Shown piece after piece: positions 10,613 to 23,705 of a stretch of 64,000 nucleotides of DNA. Source of the DNA: Novakomyces olei (Eukaryota); NCBI GenBank assembly GCA_016906335.1, contig JADEYG010000004.1, positions 930,001 through 994,000 of the forward strand. The letters are read 5' to 3'. The position numbers were made by a program, and so were the translations under genes. The notes beneath the pieces are model-generated. The model made no database searches. It was not told the origin of the DNA and was given only the letters and a program-made list of their open reading frames with translations. Position 1 is the stretch's first letter. Every line of letters begins with the position of its first letter.

Positions 10613-12146
10613 CTAAGTCCGCTGCTTTTCCTGTTCGAGCCGGTTTTGCAACATAAAGATAGCCATCTGGTTAGATTCTGCTGTCCCCGTTACCGTTACA
10701 AGCCTAGATATCAGCATCGTAAGAAGGGGCATATCAAGAAAGTTGACAAAAGTGATTGAAGAATGGGCAGTGTCATAGCCTGACTAGTATAATAAAACTT
10801 ATAATTCAACAGTTCAGTGTGCGCTCACAGACCAAACCGAACCAAATCCGAATTGAATGAATTCAAGACGAGACGTTAGGCGCAAGGCTCGAAAAACAAC
10901 CTCAACAAAACAAAGATTCCATAAAGATAAAAAGGGAAATGAAAAAGCAAAGAAGAAAAACCTATAATATAATAGGATAAAAGCACTACTAGCCATACCT
11001 TTCTGCTCCGCTTTCAGAGGACTCCGTAATCTTGACATGGGAGCCCGACATGGTGCGTATCTCATTAATCTTTGATCCCGCTTTGCCAATAATAGCGCCC
11101 ACCATATCATTTGGAATATAAATCTGCTGGCTAACAGGTGCAGCAGCAGCACTACTCTTTACAGCAGGCCCAGTTCTGGCAGCAGCAGTTGTCTGTTGCT
11201 GCTGAGCAATCTGCTGCTGCCTTGCTTGCTGTACTTGGTGCAGTATTTCCGTTTCAAACGAGTGCACAGGTACTCCGTAGGGATTAGCAGGAGTAAGCTG
11301 TACGCTTCCTTCTGGCAGCACATTAAAAGTCGAAGGCGGAGCGTACCGTCCGCCCAGGTCCAAAGGCCGATATAAAGTGTCGGCAATATCGCCCTCCGTA
11401 TCCCTTTCAAACTCAGCCAGCAGCGGCAAAACAGTGGCGGTTATTTGCTCACTGTTGCCACGTACACAAAGCAATCGATCCAGAGTCAAAGGCAGCACTG
11501 TCTTTACCAGAAACACTTGAGCCCCAGAGGACGAGGAAATATCTTGAATTGCCGTGTTTGAGGCGGCCTGAAGGGCCACAGCCACATCGTTGCGGACTAT
11601 AAACCGCAAAGTCAGTCCTTGCTTGTGTGATTCTTGCTCCTTCAAATTTTGTAGCAATTCATCGGAACTTTTTGCCTCTGTCGATTCGGCCGCTGGTTCG
11701 GCCACAGGTTCCTCCTTTACTTCTTCAGCCTGCTCAGTCTCTTCTTTAACCGCCGCCGCCGATGCCTTTCTTTTTGCTCCCTTCTTGGGACCCCTTTGCG
11801 CCTTTTGCTTGGGCTTAGATTCCTCCTCGGCGCTTTCTTTTTCCTCTTTAACTGTATCTTTTTCCGCTGGCTGATAGAGCAGCTCGCTCAGCTGCTTTAC
11901 GGAATCACGCAGCTGCTCTGGAAGACCATTGATCTCCAACACTTTTTCAATAGAGCCAACAACTTGCTCGGGCAGGTAGAGCGTTGCGCCAGTACTGTCG
12001 CTGATTGGCTTCAGCTGCTCGTTCAATGTAGAAGCCTGCTTCAGAGTCAATTGCAGCCGAAGAGACGACGCCGCTGAGCCGTTTTCTTCGTGCGGTGGGC
12101 GCCGTTTTGCAAGCGACGATAATTCCTCGCCTTCACGTTTTGACAT
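10613..12146 (-). CDS. Three-KH-domain RNA-binding protein (PBP2/HEK2/Rnc1-like); intron 10704-10998
   Basis: KH3 IYIPNDMVGAIIGKAGSKINEIR; spliced end ERLVTVTGTAESNQMAIFMLQNRLEQEKQRT*. Confidence 0.8.
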
Positions 12147-12332
12147 GGCCGTTTGAAGAGTGCTGGTTCTTGATTTGTGGCCTAAACTCGAGGTGGATTT
12201 ATTTCGCAGTAGAAGCTGTGTCTATAAAAAATAAAGAACAAATGCAGAATGTATTGGGTACCTTTGATGATTGGGCGTTCACTGCACATTTATTATATAC
12301 TATTGCTTGCTGTACTGTTATTGTACATTTAC

Positions 12333-12455
12333 TATTATTATTTATTATTTATTATTTATTATTTATTATTTATTATTTATTATTTATTATTTATTATTTA
12401 TTATTTATTATTTATTATTTATTATTTATTATTTATTATTTATTATTTATTATTT
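12333..12455. repeat. (TTATTAT)n 7-mer array
   Basis: ~17 units between the BUB1 stop and the KH gene start. Confidence 0.95.
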
Positions 12456-12525
12456 AATATTCTGATTTTCAATTTATTATTCAATTATTGTAAATGAAAT
12501 ACACCTCTTCTGCTAAACACGGCCC

Positions 12526-15500
12526 TCAAGACCTTGTACGCCTCACGCTATCGTGCAAACGCTTCAGCATCATTTTTAATCCAATCCCACGTGTACAGTT
12601 CTCTGCGATATAAGCTTCAAATTGCGACTGCACTTTTCGTAGCTGTTCTGTAATTGGCATTGCCGCGTCTTGCGAGTAGGATACCGGGTTCAACAGCATG
12701 TCAAACAGAGGTTTCCATAGTTCCTGTTGCCAGTACCTTTTCAAAGGCTGTCTTAGCCTGTAGTGCCGTTTACCAGGCAGCAGATTTTCGCGTACAGTCT
12801 CAATATACTGTCCAAACAGGAGCGTATGCACTATACACGCAACCCCATGGTAATCAATCTGGTAGCGCCAGGGTCTCATCTCTTTAAGCTCAGCGCAATC
12901 CTGCTGCGTTGGTTCCCAGTCAGCAATGAACTGTGTGTGATTGCCAAACAGGGAGAGATCGATACTGCGCCCGAAATCAATCAGCACGAGTCCAGATTGC
13001 ACTTGTTCATTGCCAACACTTTGCTCCCTCTCATCTTTTTCATCAAACCTGAGCAAACAATTGTCCGCCTTTAGGTCGCCGTGCAGAATGCCGCTGTCGT
13101 GCAAAGCACAGACCGTCTGGAGCACTTGTACAGTGTAATACATGGCCAGCAGCTCGTCCATGCCCTGAGCTCCCTCTGCCTTGGCCACGTTTACCGCGTC
13201 CAGCAATGTTCCCTGAGCACTGTAATCAAGCAGCAGGAAAGAAGCGTCCTGGAAAACGACAGTGCTGTGAGCCTGGATTACCGAGTCAAGACGCTCTCTG
13301 CCCTTTAACCGCTCCCTCGCGCTTCGTATCACAAAGCTCTCCAGCGTGGACGGCGGCTTTTCCACTTTAAGTGCATAATTTACGCCATTCATTTGCACGA
13401 GGTACACTGTCGCATAGGCGCCCTGGCCGAGCTGCCGAATGACCTGCAGTGGCATTGGGAAGCCGTCAATATCGACAGTCATTCCGGCCGGTGAAGAGCT
13501 GCCTCTATCTGCAACTGCTTTGGCAAATTTCTCAATTGCTGCTGAGGGAGAAACTGCAGTGGATTCGTAAAGGCAGCCTGCACTCTCGAGAGTGAAGCAG
13601 TGCACTCGCTCAAGACGGGAGCGTGTCTGTGCATCAAAGGGATTGCACACAGAGTCCTCAACTACCACAACCGACTGTTCAATGCTCTGCGCTTTGGTCA
13701 GTGGAGAGTGTAGCGCAGCCATTACTGGCGGCGGAGAGTGCACTGCCGCCTGCTCAAGATCCAGACGGGGCACTGGGTCTTCCAGGAAAGGCGAACTCTG
13801 CAGATTAGTCGGCCCGCTGCCATCTTCATCTGGCTCTTCCTCATCAAAGCTAATGAGGCCTCTATCGACCTTTTCATTTGCCTGTTGCTCTTGAGCTTTT
13901 TCTTGAGATTTTTCTTGACAGTCTCTGTCTTGGTCTCTGTCTTGATCTCTGTCTTGGTCTCTGTCCCGCTCCTCTTCATTGCCGCTTTGAAATCCATTCG
14001 AGTCTTGGTGCTTTGGAGGAAAAAGCTGATTGCTTCCCGCAAGGCTCCCCAGCTTCTCTGCCTGAGGACTCTCCATTATCGCAGTGCCCAGTGTCCTTGC
14101 TCGTACCGTAGAAGGAGGCATTGATTCCCTGCCTTCATTGATTGGGGTCATTAAAGGGAAAGGAACGCCTCGGCGGCCTGGACCAAAAGCCAGTTGCGGA
14201 TCTTTTTCAGGTGTGTCTGGCACTACAAAAGACGAGGGTCGTGGTTCTTCTTGGAGCGAAGTTTGGCCCAGGTCAGCAACTGCTTCCGAGACTCCTTCAT
14301 CTCCATCTGAGACTGTGCTGCTCTCCGACTCGCTGTCCTCTGCAGCCCCGTACTTTTCGCTACTGTCCCCATCATTTATCCCCGTTCCGTCTTCCTCACC
14401 GCCTTCTTCGTCTGACGAATCGTCGTGCTCTACTGAACGGCCAAACTCTTCGGCTCCTTCAGACTGCTGTTGAGCAGCAGCCTGAACTGCGTCTGTTTGT
14501 GTAAAACTGTCATCCTCCTCCTCGTCAGAATCCTCCGCACTCTCATCGGAAGACTGCTCAAATTTCAAAGGCTGATTAAACAGATCAAAGACGTCTGCAA
14601 GAGCGGCTTTTGTGTTTATTGTCGGCGAGGCACGATGATGCTTTTGTGAAGGCCCGTGCTCGGGGCTTGAGCCTGTAGACGCGTTAGTCGTTTATGTACG
14701 TACGCAATTGCTTACCTTTTACGGGAGTGCCTTCCGCCAGAGGGACAGCGTACTCGTTGTTTGCGTACTCTTTAAGGCTGGAATCATGGGTTTCCTGTTT
14801 GCAGTCTTTTCCTGCCTGCTCAATCACGGCATTTTGCAGGGTCGTTTCTCGCTGTTCTTGGCCTTGCAGTATTATAACTCGCTGCTCAACTGGCTCCAGC
14901 GTACTGTCCTCCTGAACGGAGGCCTTTTCACAGAGAAATTCTTGCTGCTCAATACAAAGCCTGGCAGACGATTCATCTGACGCTTTTGGCCTGCTTTCTT
15001 CCACCGCCTCATCTTCCACCGCCTGTACCTCGGCAGGCCTGATTCCTTTAAGGAACCCTCGCGCCCGGCCTACCAGCTCTTCGAGAGACAGTTCTTCTCC
15101 GTCTCGGGGGTAAATTAGCGTTAAAGACACCGCAGTTCTCTCTGGCCGTTTGCTCGAACTTGCACTAGTTGCGCCCTATAATGTTAAGAAAAGTCTGTAT
15201 GACGCATAGCAGCCAACGCACAATCGAAATAAAATTGAATGGGTTAGAAGGACAATGTTGAATATAACATAATCAATGCTCTATTGAAAAGGAACGGGTC
15301 TGGTGAGAAGCACTTACTGTATCCTTAAACACGGCAAATTTTGATACTGCGACGGGATTAGAAGAGCTCTGAGCCATACGTTCTCCAACCCACGGGGCAG
15401 GTTCCATTGTATTTTCCCTTTTCCTTGACTGTAAGCTGCCAATACTGCCCCACCCTCCACTTCCCACTGCCGGGTGAGCCAGCTGAGCCGGCTGGCCTTC

Positions 15501-16232
15501 ACCATCAATTTCATCTTTGAATACTTGCACTTTGCTGCCCGGTTTAGGCACTGATTCCGATTGCTGAGTGAGCGGATTCAGAGTGCTTTGCTCCATTGTC
15601 TTTGAGGACAAGATACCCCTTTGCAATTCTGCTGGAAGTTCATCATTAGCAGCTTGAGGGTTCAAGAGCAGACGCTGCTGAAACTCTTGGTATCGACGAC
15701 GTAACCGTTCCAACGGCCTTGCCTGCCTCTGTAATCCCTGTTCATAAACGTATTGAGCATGCTTTTTTCGTCCTAATCCTTCCAGCAGTCCGGCATACTG
15801 TTCGTAAAATGCAGCCAGCTCAGTGCCTACGCCGTTCTTCCACAGAAACGCAAAAATCTCCCGTGGCTCGTCACAGTACCTGGCGTACTCTGACCATACT
15901 CGCAAGTACCGTGGATCATTTGCACAGAAAGAGCTGCCTGTAAAGTGCTGGCAGCATCGTTCAAGCACACGGGCGAGGCCACTGTCGGCCGAGTTGCCCT
16001 GTGGAAAAGCCTTGTGGATCCAGTCTATGTAAGCGACCCAGACGCCTAGAGGATCATCGGACTCGTCTGCACTCGACAGTTCTTCTTCGTAAAGCGCTCG
16101 CTGAGCTGCCTGCTCCGCTCGCTGATGAGCAGGATCGTGGCGAAACGTTTTTGCCAGTTGCGAGGCAGAGCGGCCTTGTGCACAGGGCTCAATGTTTTCC
16201 TTTGAGTGCTCAATTTCGCTAAAGTCGATCAT
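12526..16232 (-). CDS. BUB1: Spindle checkpoint kinase, unsplit Mad3/Bub1 (MadBub); introns 15176-15317 and 14673-14715
   Basis: KENIEP box, TPR (DDPL..W, NDPRYL), GLEBS EELSLEEL, CD1 SPTINTKAALADVFDLFNQPL, kinase HGDLKADN, LIDFGRSID. Confidence 0.93.
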
Positions 16233-16340
16233 CGCAAAGGACTTTTGCAAAGAGCCAGCAACACTGGCGCGTTGACTTTGTTTACCTGTAAACAAGAGAT
16301 GGTGCAAAGTAAACAGTATGGAATAAAATAAGCCAATAAA

Positions 16341-16893
16341 TACAATAATTACAATAATTACAATAATTACAATAATTACAATAATTACAATAATTACAAT
16401 AATTACAATAATTACAATAATTACAATAATTAAAAATTACAATAATAAATAATTACAAATAAATAAACAATAATTACAATAATTACAAAAAATAATTACA
16501 ATAATTACAATAATTACAATAATTATAATTACAATAATTACAATAATTACAATAATTACAATAATTACAATAATTACAATAATTACAATAATTACAATAA
16601 TTACAATAATTACAATAATTACAATAATTACAATAATTACAATAATTACAATAATTACAATAATTACAATAATTACAATAATTACAATAATTACAATAAT
16701 TACAATAATTACAATAATTACAATAATTACAATAATTACAATAATTACAATAATTACAATAATTACTATAATTACAATAATTACAATAATTACAATAATT
16801 ACAATAATTACAATAATTACAATAATTACAATAATTACAATAATTACAATAATTACAATAATTACTATAATTACTATAATACAATAATTACAA
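16341..16893. repeat. (ACAATAATT)n 9-mer array, roughly 55-60 units
   Basis: Near-perfect array in the BUB1/ADE2 divergent spacer. Confidence 0.97.
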
Positions 16894-17195
16894 TAAATAA
16901 AAATAAAACAAGTAAACTAGTGCGGTTCAATCTAGCAAGCAACACTATCGGAGACGACAATTCATTTGAGTATTCCACATATATAGTATTAATATATGTA
17001 TAATATGTATAATTGTTAAAACTAGCCAAAAGTTTTATATCAGCAGACTGCTAATCAAATTTGCGACAAGTATCACTCTTATCAGGACTAAACTTTAGAC
17101 GTCGCAAATAAAGAATAATACATGGATAATTAACTAATTAATCAACCAATTAATTAAAAAAAAAAAAAAAAAAAAGACGAAGCGCCGTATCAGCC

Positions 17196-19085
17196 ATGGA
17201 CAATCGCACTCTAGGCATACTAGGCGGCGGCCAGCTCGGGCGTATGATGGTCGAGGCCGCCCACAGACTCAATGTCCAGACTGCTATATTAGACGCGCCT
17301 AATGCCCCGGCGAAGCAGATCAATGGCTCTCAGAGCCACGTGGACGGCTCGTTTCGCGATGCGCAGGCAGTGCGAAAACTAGCGGAGACTTGTTCCGTTC
17401 TGACAACGGAGATTGAGCACGTAAACACCGACATTTTGTCAGAGTTAGAAGCGACAGTTTCCGGTGTATCTGTCCAGCCGACAGCGACAACGCTGCGTCT
17501 GATTCAGGACAAGTATATACAAAAACTGCACTACCAAACCCACAATCTGGCAACGCCAGAGTTTATGGATATCGGGCCGAGCACAGAGGCAAATGTGCTG
17601 TTGGCTGGAGAGCGGCTCGGCTACCCTTTCCTACTGAAAAGCCGGACAATGGCCTATGATGGCAGAGGCAACTTTGTAGTCCGATCGGCTACGGACGCCA
17701 ATGAGGCTATCGCCTTCCTCCGCGATCGGCCACTGTACGCTGAGAAATTTGCCTCATTTACAAAAGAACTGGCAGTAATGGTTGTACGGACACTGCAGGG
17801 CGAAACATTGGCTTACCCGTGCGTGGAAACGGAGCAGGAAAACAATATCTGCCACCTTGTTTATGCTCCGGCAAGAGACGTCTCCGAGTCCTGTGCTGCT
17901 GCTGCCCGTCGCCTGGCAAAGCAGGCAGTCTCAACCCTCAGTGGAGCTGGGGTTTACGGCGTAGAGCTTTTCCTTATGCCGAACGGAGACATTCTTCTGA
18001 ACGAAATTGCTCCCCGGCCTCACAACTCTGGACACTATACGATCGAGGCCTGTCCAGTTTCCCAGTTTGAGAGCCATGTAAGAGCTGTCCTGGGACTGCC
18101 TTTGCCCGCCTGCAGTGTAGAAATGTCAACCCCACATACACACGCAATAATGGTGAATATCTTGGGCGGCAAAGAGCCTGATTCTCATATTCGTGTGGGG
18201 GAAAGAGCGCTCGTTACTCCGGGCGCCACTTTGCACTTGTATGGGAAAGGCGACGCACGCAGTGGCCGAAAGATGGGACACGTGACGATCGTCAGGGAGA
18301 CAATGACCCAGTGTGAAGCTAGTGCTCATTTCATACTGACAGGATCCTATGAACAAGGGGATTTAAGGGCTTCTAGCCCAAAACCTAAAGTTGGGATTAT
18401 TATGGGCTCCGACTCGGATCTGCCTGTAATGCGGGCAGCAGCACTGGCACTCTCTGACCTTGGTGTGCCTTTTGAATTGAGTATAGTGTCCGCTCATCGT
18501 ACTCCAGACCGAATGGTCGACTATGCCAGAACCGCCGCTCAACGTGGCCTCTCCGTTATTATTGCCGGCGCTGGTGGAGCTGCTCACCTGCCGGGGATGG
18601 TCGCAGCCATGACGCCTTTACCTGTCGTTGGTGTCCCTGTCAAGGGCAGTGTACTGGACGGAGTTGATTCACTGCACTCTATTGTGCAGATGCCGGTAAC
18701 ATTGACGCCTTTTTTTTTTTTTTTTTTTTTATTTATTTATTTATTTTTTTTTTTTTAAATATCAAAGTACCAATATGAATATTAAAAATTGAATGATGTT
18801 TCTAGTGTCGATCTATTTTTAATTTAATTTTTGCGTATTTGTTTATTTTTGGGTTTATTTTCTACACAACCGTATGCTAATATATAGCGTGGAGTTCCAG
18901 TGGCCACGGTTGCTATCAACAATGCAATGAACGCAGGACTGCTTGCCGCCAGAATTATCGGTGCTAGTGACGGGCTATTGCGGCGTCGGCTGGAAGACTA
19001 TTCACGGGCAATGGAGAAGGGCGTAATGGATAAAGTGAGCACTCTTGATTCTGTGGGCTGGGAGGCCTACGAGTACAAGAGGTAG
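17196..19085 (+). CDS. ADE2: Phosphoribosylaminoimidazole carboxylase (PurK-PurE fusion); intron 18696-18887
   Basis: [48 protein letters not shown]. Confidence 0.97.
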
Positions 19086-19553
19086 CCAAGAGCAGTTTGC
19101 AATATATACATAAAAATTGAATCGATAGAGACATGTTTAAACCCCAAAACGTAAAACACTTTGAGGCCTTTAAGCACAGGTAAACGTGCCTTTTGTCGCG
19201 TGGAAATTGCTGAAATGTAGTCGATACCATTTTGATTGATGCCCGTACAAAGACACACAGTGTGATGAAAAGATAGACTGCACAGCGTAAATTCTCATGT
19301 AACAGATTGACCCTAACCCTGATAGTTCAAAATACAACATTGCTCTAGTACTTTGAGCGTGCAACGGAGGAAATATCAAGAAATAACCCTTATTATCCAG
19401 CAATGTACGACGCCCTTTTAAAGATCTGTTTACCCACAAACGTGGAAGGTCTGTCATTCGAAGTAATGTATTAAACTTGATGCTACAAAATCAACTTTTC
19501 ACGAGATGAAAAGAAAGGAACTAATAAATAAACTGAGATCAAATATACACAAA

Positions 19554-21939
19554 TCAGCTCTGCGCAGTGGCTCGCAAGGCGATATTAATGACAAAAGCAC
19601 TCGTCAAAATGGCGGCCACCGCGGTAGGCCCAAACCGGTCGTCGTAATTAACAGCACGGTGATCAGCAATAGCCTGTGCGCGCCATATGTAAACGAGTAA
19701 AGCGTAGCACAGAGTGAGAGCAGCGACAAGGGAGAACGAGGCTGCTGCATAAAATGCCACAGAATCCAGACCGAAATTTAGCATTGCAGTGGAGATTGAC
19801 CCCGCCAATATGGCAAAGTCGAGGTACTGTAGAAACGTCCGCTCCAGTGCAAAATACGTCTTTGGCTCTACTCGCACAGGGACGGCAATAAGACGGCCCG
19901 GTGGCGCATGAAATTTCGTTTCAAACACGGTTCCAGGTACGACCCGTGTCTCTACTGGCTCGTACCTTGGATGAGTCAGTGTATGCCGGACGGAAGCCAG
20001 CCAATCCTTTAACTTTGCCGCCAAGGGCTTGCTCGTCTCCTGCTCCTCACCGCCTTCGTCCTCGTCTTGTTCGTTAATAGAGGCACGGGATCTCGTTGCA
20101 GCAGAACGAGAGCTGTGCGCAAGTCCGCCGAGTCGGGCAGACAAGGGCTTTGAACGAACAGAGCTAGAATTGCCTCCGACTCTTTCCTCATCGTCCAAAA
20201 CATTACTATCACTGACGGAGGAGACTATATCGCTGGTAGCGGCAGAGGTAGCCGATCTTGAAAAGGGATTCTGGTGTTGACGACTGCTTTCCAGCAGTCC
20301 ATTAGCAGGTTTGCGTATATCAACGTCCATTTGTGGCCACCAAAAAGGAAGCAATTTGACGTTACGAGGTAACAAGGCAGAAACGCCATGAATGAACTTT
20401 GAAAACTTGGGGACTGCCTCTACAAGGTGCGACTGAGTCAGTCTGCGGATCCACAATGGTGCTTCCTGGCCAAGTTGTGTCTGCAGTTTCACCTCCAAAA
20501 CTGCGTGTGGGAAAAGCTCTACATCTCTCTCATCAATCTGAGAAAATGGGTAATCAATACCGATATCGGTACGGCGCCAATTGCCGTGTGTACGATCAAC
20601 ACCATCGAAATCATCCTCCCTCACCATCGCGAGTTCTGTATCCAGAGAGATACGGACACGGGCATCCCCGGGCAGCTGGAAGGCAGTACGATTGTAGAAG
20701 GAACGGGCAACTGGCTTCAATCGCCGTTTCAAAACAGACTGCTGAATATCCGTGGCCAATTGCTGCAAGTCATCGATCTCTTTGACGCTTTTTTTGCCCT
20801 CTTTACGCATCTTTTCAAACACTTGGCTAGGCTTGTACGTGCCGGCAAGGTACGCATTCACGTATTTTTCCTTGATAGGGAACCGGGCCTTGACCGATTT
20901 TTGGCCCGTCCAGTCTTCTCGATGAGTTTTCCGCTCGACAAATATCGTTGTATTGTCCATGCCTCCATACCATCGCAGCCGGATGGCTTCAGCTCCCTCG
21001 GACTTTTCCAAACGGCCACGGTAGAGCTCGAGTTCCCGGTTATCAAAGTATATAGAGGAAATAGCCGAGTCCTCTTTGGAAAACTCTTTGTTGGGGCTGA
21101 AAACAAGGACAGGGAGGTGCTTGAGAATGAGCAGTTTGAGTTCCGTTACATTGTCCGAGTGCACCCAGTACTGGCTGTGAGTAAGGCATACAGAGATAGA
21201 TACATGGACAATAAAATAAAATAAATTAAATTAAATTAAATTAAATAAAACAAAATAAAATAAACTTTCTTTTTGTATCCATTGAACGCCTACCTTTGTG
21301 GTTTGCCGAACAAAATTCTGCTGAGTTCCACCGGCGGCACTATCGCCTCCGGCAGCATTCCCGCGATTACGCACAGTATCATAAAGCTTTGATAATTGAA
21401 CAATATACGCATCATAATTGCCCTTAAAAAACGGTTTAGCGTTCAATCGAGCCCGGAAAATCGGGCGCAAGTACCACCCCGTATGTTTCTAAACGTTAGC
21501 AATCGTATATAAAATAAATATAAAAGCCTCCTACGTCATGTTTCTTGATAATCTTGTGGAACGCGGTATAGTTGAGAGCGGAAAATTTTTGCAAGTCATG
21601 AACGTCGGCGATAATGTCGGACAAGACTTCCTCCAATGCATCAAAATCGTCATTAATTTCGTCTACGTCCGCGTGTGGATCGCTCTTTGACAAGAGAACA
21701 TGATCAACCTCTGTCTGGCAATCGCGAATACGCCTCGATATTTCGTTTGCCTTGACCATTTGAAAATTGTAGACTTTGTCGAGCTCCCGTTCCAGCAGAC
21801 TAACGAACCGGGACTCATCGTCCTCTGACCACGTTTTGCCGTCGCTGGTTTTCAACGCCGCTTTTAAAGCGTCATAGTCCATATACTGGTACCGGAACTC
21901 CCGCACCAGCGTATCCCGTAGCTGTTCACCAAACTTCAT
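19554..21939 (-). CDS. VTC4: Vacuolar transporter chaperone / polyphosphate polymerase; introns 21489-21534 and 21171-21293
   Basis: SPX (MKFG..DYDALK, KIIKKHDK), RQTTK|YWVH, SIYFDN, IRLRWYG, EVKLQ, VRVEPK.YFA.ERTF membrane domain. Confidence 0.96.
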
Positions 21940-22184
21940 GGCGGCGCACGATGTTTGCTATTGTCTGAATAACGGGAAAATTGCAGCAACGCCAAATTTC
22001 ATGCGCTCACGGGGATTTGCAGGCCCACGTGGACGTCCATGTCCTTTATTACTTGGGCTGGTGCGATGTATAATAATTGTACTATATTGCTATGAATTGT
22101 CTGCAGCGTATAATTTTAACGCTTCATACATTCAATATCTATAATATGTCGTGCCAATGGGAGAGCAAGTAAGCAGACTTGCCT

Positions 22185-22445
22185 ATAATAAATAATAAAT
22201 AATAAATAATAAATAATAAATAATAAATAATAAATAATAAATAATAAATAATAAATAATAAATAATAAATAATAAATAATAAATAATAAATAATAAATAA
22301 TAAATAATAAATAATAAATAATAAATAATAAATAATAAATAATAAATAATAAATAATAAATAATAAATAATAAATAATAAATAATAAATAATAAATAATA
22401 AATAATAAATAATAAATAATAAATAATAAATAATAAATAAATAAA
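22185..22445. repeat. (AATAAAT)n 7-mer array, ~36 units
   Basis: Perfect array upstream of VTC4. Confidence 0.97.
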
Positions 22446-22644
22446 ATAGTTCGAATAAAAGTCTATAGCGATTATAATGGCTTTCCTGTTCGATTAGATG
22501 CGAAAAGGGCATCAATCGGCTCAAGCTTGCAATAGGCAATGTTTTACACTGGCTGCTATTTGGTAAAAAATACATGATTTAGTTACAGGTATCCTGATGA
22601 GGGCCAATTCGTTTGTAAATGTGTTTTAATGCTCTGTTCTATGC

Positions 22645-23346
22645 TCATCCACCCTTGCGCTCCTGGGCAGGCAGGTATGCCCCCATCTGCAAATGTTAGC
22701 TCCGTATAATGCAACTCTTACAATTCGTTTTACGCGTGACGAAGCAGCAGGATCCTTTGGATCGCCTTGTACGGCACTCAGCGTATAAGGCGGGTCAATT
22801 CGAACCGCATCAAGTACGATAATACTCTCGTTATACCAGCGGCAGGGAAGTCTAAAGTAAGTCTCGTATACTCCACAAATATGTAACCAAAACGCCTTAC
22901 GTTCGTGCAAGATGATCAAACAAAGACTGTGCTTCTTCCGTGACATTTACTCCTCGTCTTGCAGCGGCAGCAGCTGCAGCAGCTCTTGCTGCTCTTTCAC
23001 GTGCCGCCACAGTCTCGAGTGAAACCTCCTTTGTTCCTGCGTCAGCTAGCAACTTTTCCACTGTGTCTCCAGAGGGCCCATCGCCCAATTGTGCTGTGGC
23101 TGCTGCTAAAGCCGGGCCTTCAAGGACTACAAAGTCCCGAATATTGACAATACGAATTATCTCAAAGTCGCGAAGTGTCGGCTGCCGACTAGAGCGCCAG
23201 GCATCACCACTGGCCATATAAAGAGCGACTGTATTTGACTGCGCATCTACCGCATACACCCTTCCAACATATTCCTCGTCGGATTTAGTGTGTATTCGTA
23301 ATGGCACTGATATTAGCCATTGCAACGACGTCGCTCCCTGGTCCAT
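22645..23346 (-). CDS. LSM12: LSM12-like protein (LSm plus anticodon-binding domain); introns 22852-22900 and 22687-22721
   Basis: GVNVTEEAQSLFDHLARTLPCRW..SIIVLDAVRIDPPY; ends ERKGG*. Confidence 0.8.
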
Positions 23347-23705
23347 GAGTTTGTCTAGTGTGCATTTACATATAGGGGCTCATACTATATATCAGACTCT
23401 TATTTTGCGTGCGATTTAGTGTACTTTTTAAGGACAACGATTTATTACTATGGCCCCTGCTATATACGGGAAAAACTAGTATGATTAATTTACTAAGAAT
23501 ACCAATCTCTACATATGTCGAGTACCCGAAAATACGCATAAATATAGATTATAATTGCTCTATTATTATAATTATTATAATTATTATTGTTCAAATTATA
23601 GTTATAATAAATAAATAATTATTTATTCATAGCACAATGCTTCGAGTCTGGATTCCGATTAATTGGTCATACACATGATGAATCGGCCTTTGGCGCGGGA
23701 GAGCA

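Noticed and set aside
10704-10998. Long introns (KH gene 295 nt, BNA5 303 nt, HAD 232 nt) as snoRNA hosts
   Set aside because: No C/D or H/ACA box arrangement found on the sense strand
12095-12497. IIYYLLF-repeat ORFs (also 22183-22575, poly-Leu 60555-60818, 3409-3624)
   Set aside because: Stop-free frames of A/T microsatellites
16483-16884. ORF of (NYC)n repeats resembling a Cys-rich protein
   Set aside because: Simply the translation of the 9-mer array; no ATG start or unique sequence
19262-19322. GTGATGA ... CTGA pair suggesting a C/D snoRNA
   Set aside because: No terminal stem, no D'/C' and no convincing rRNA complement; better explained by an intron-like element
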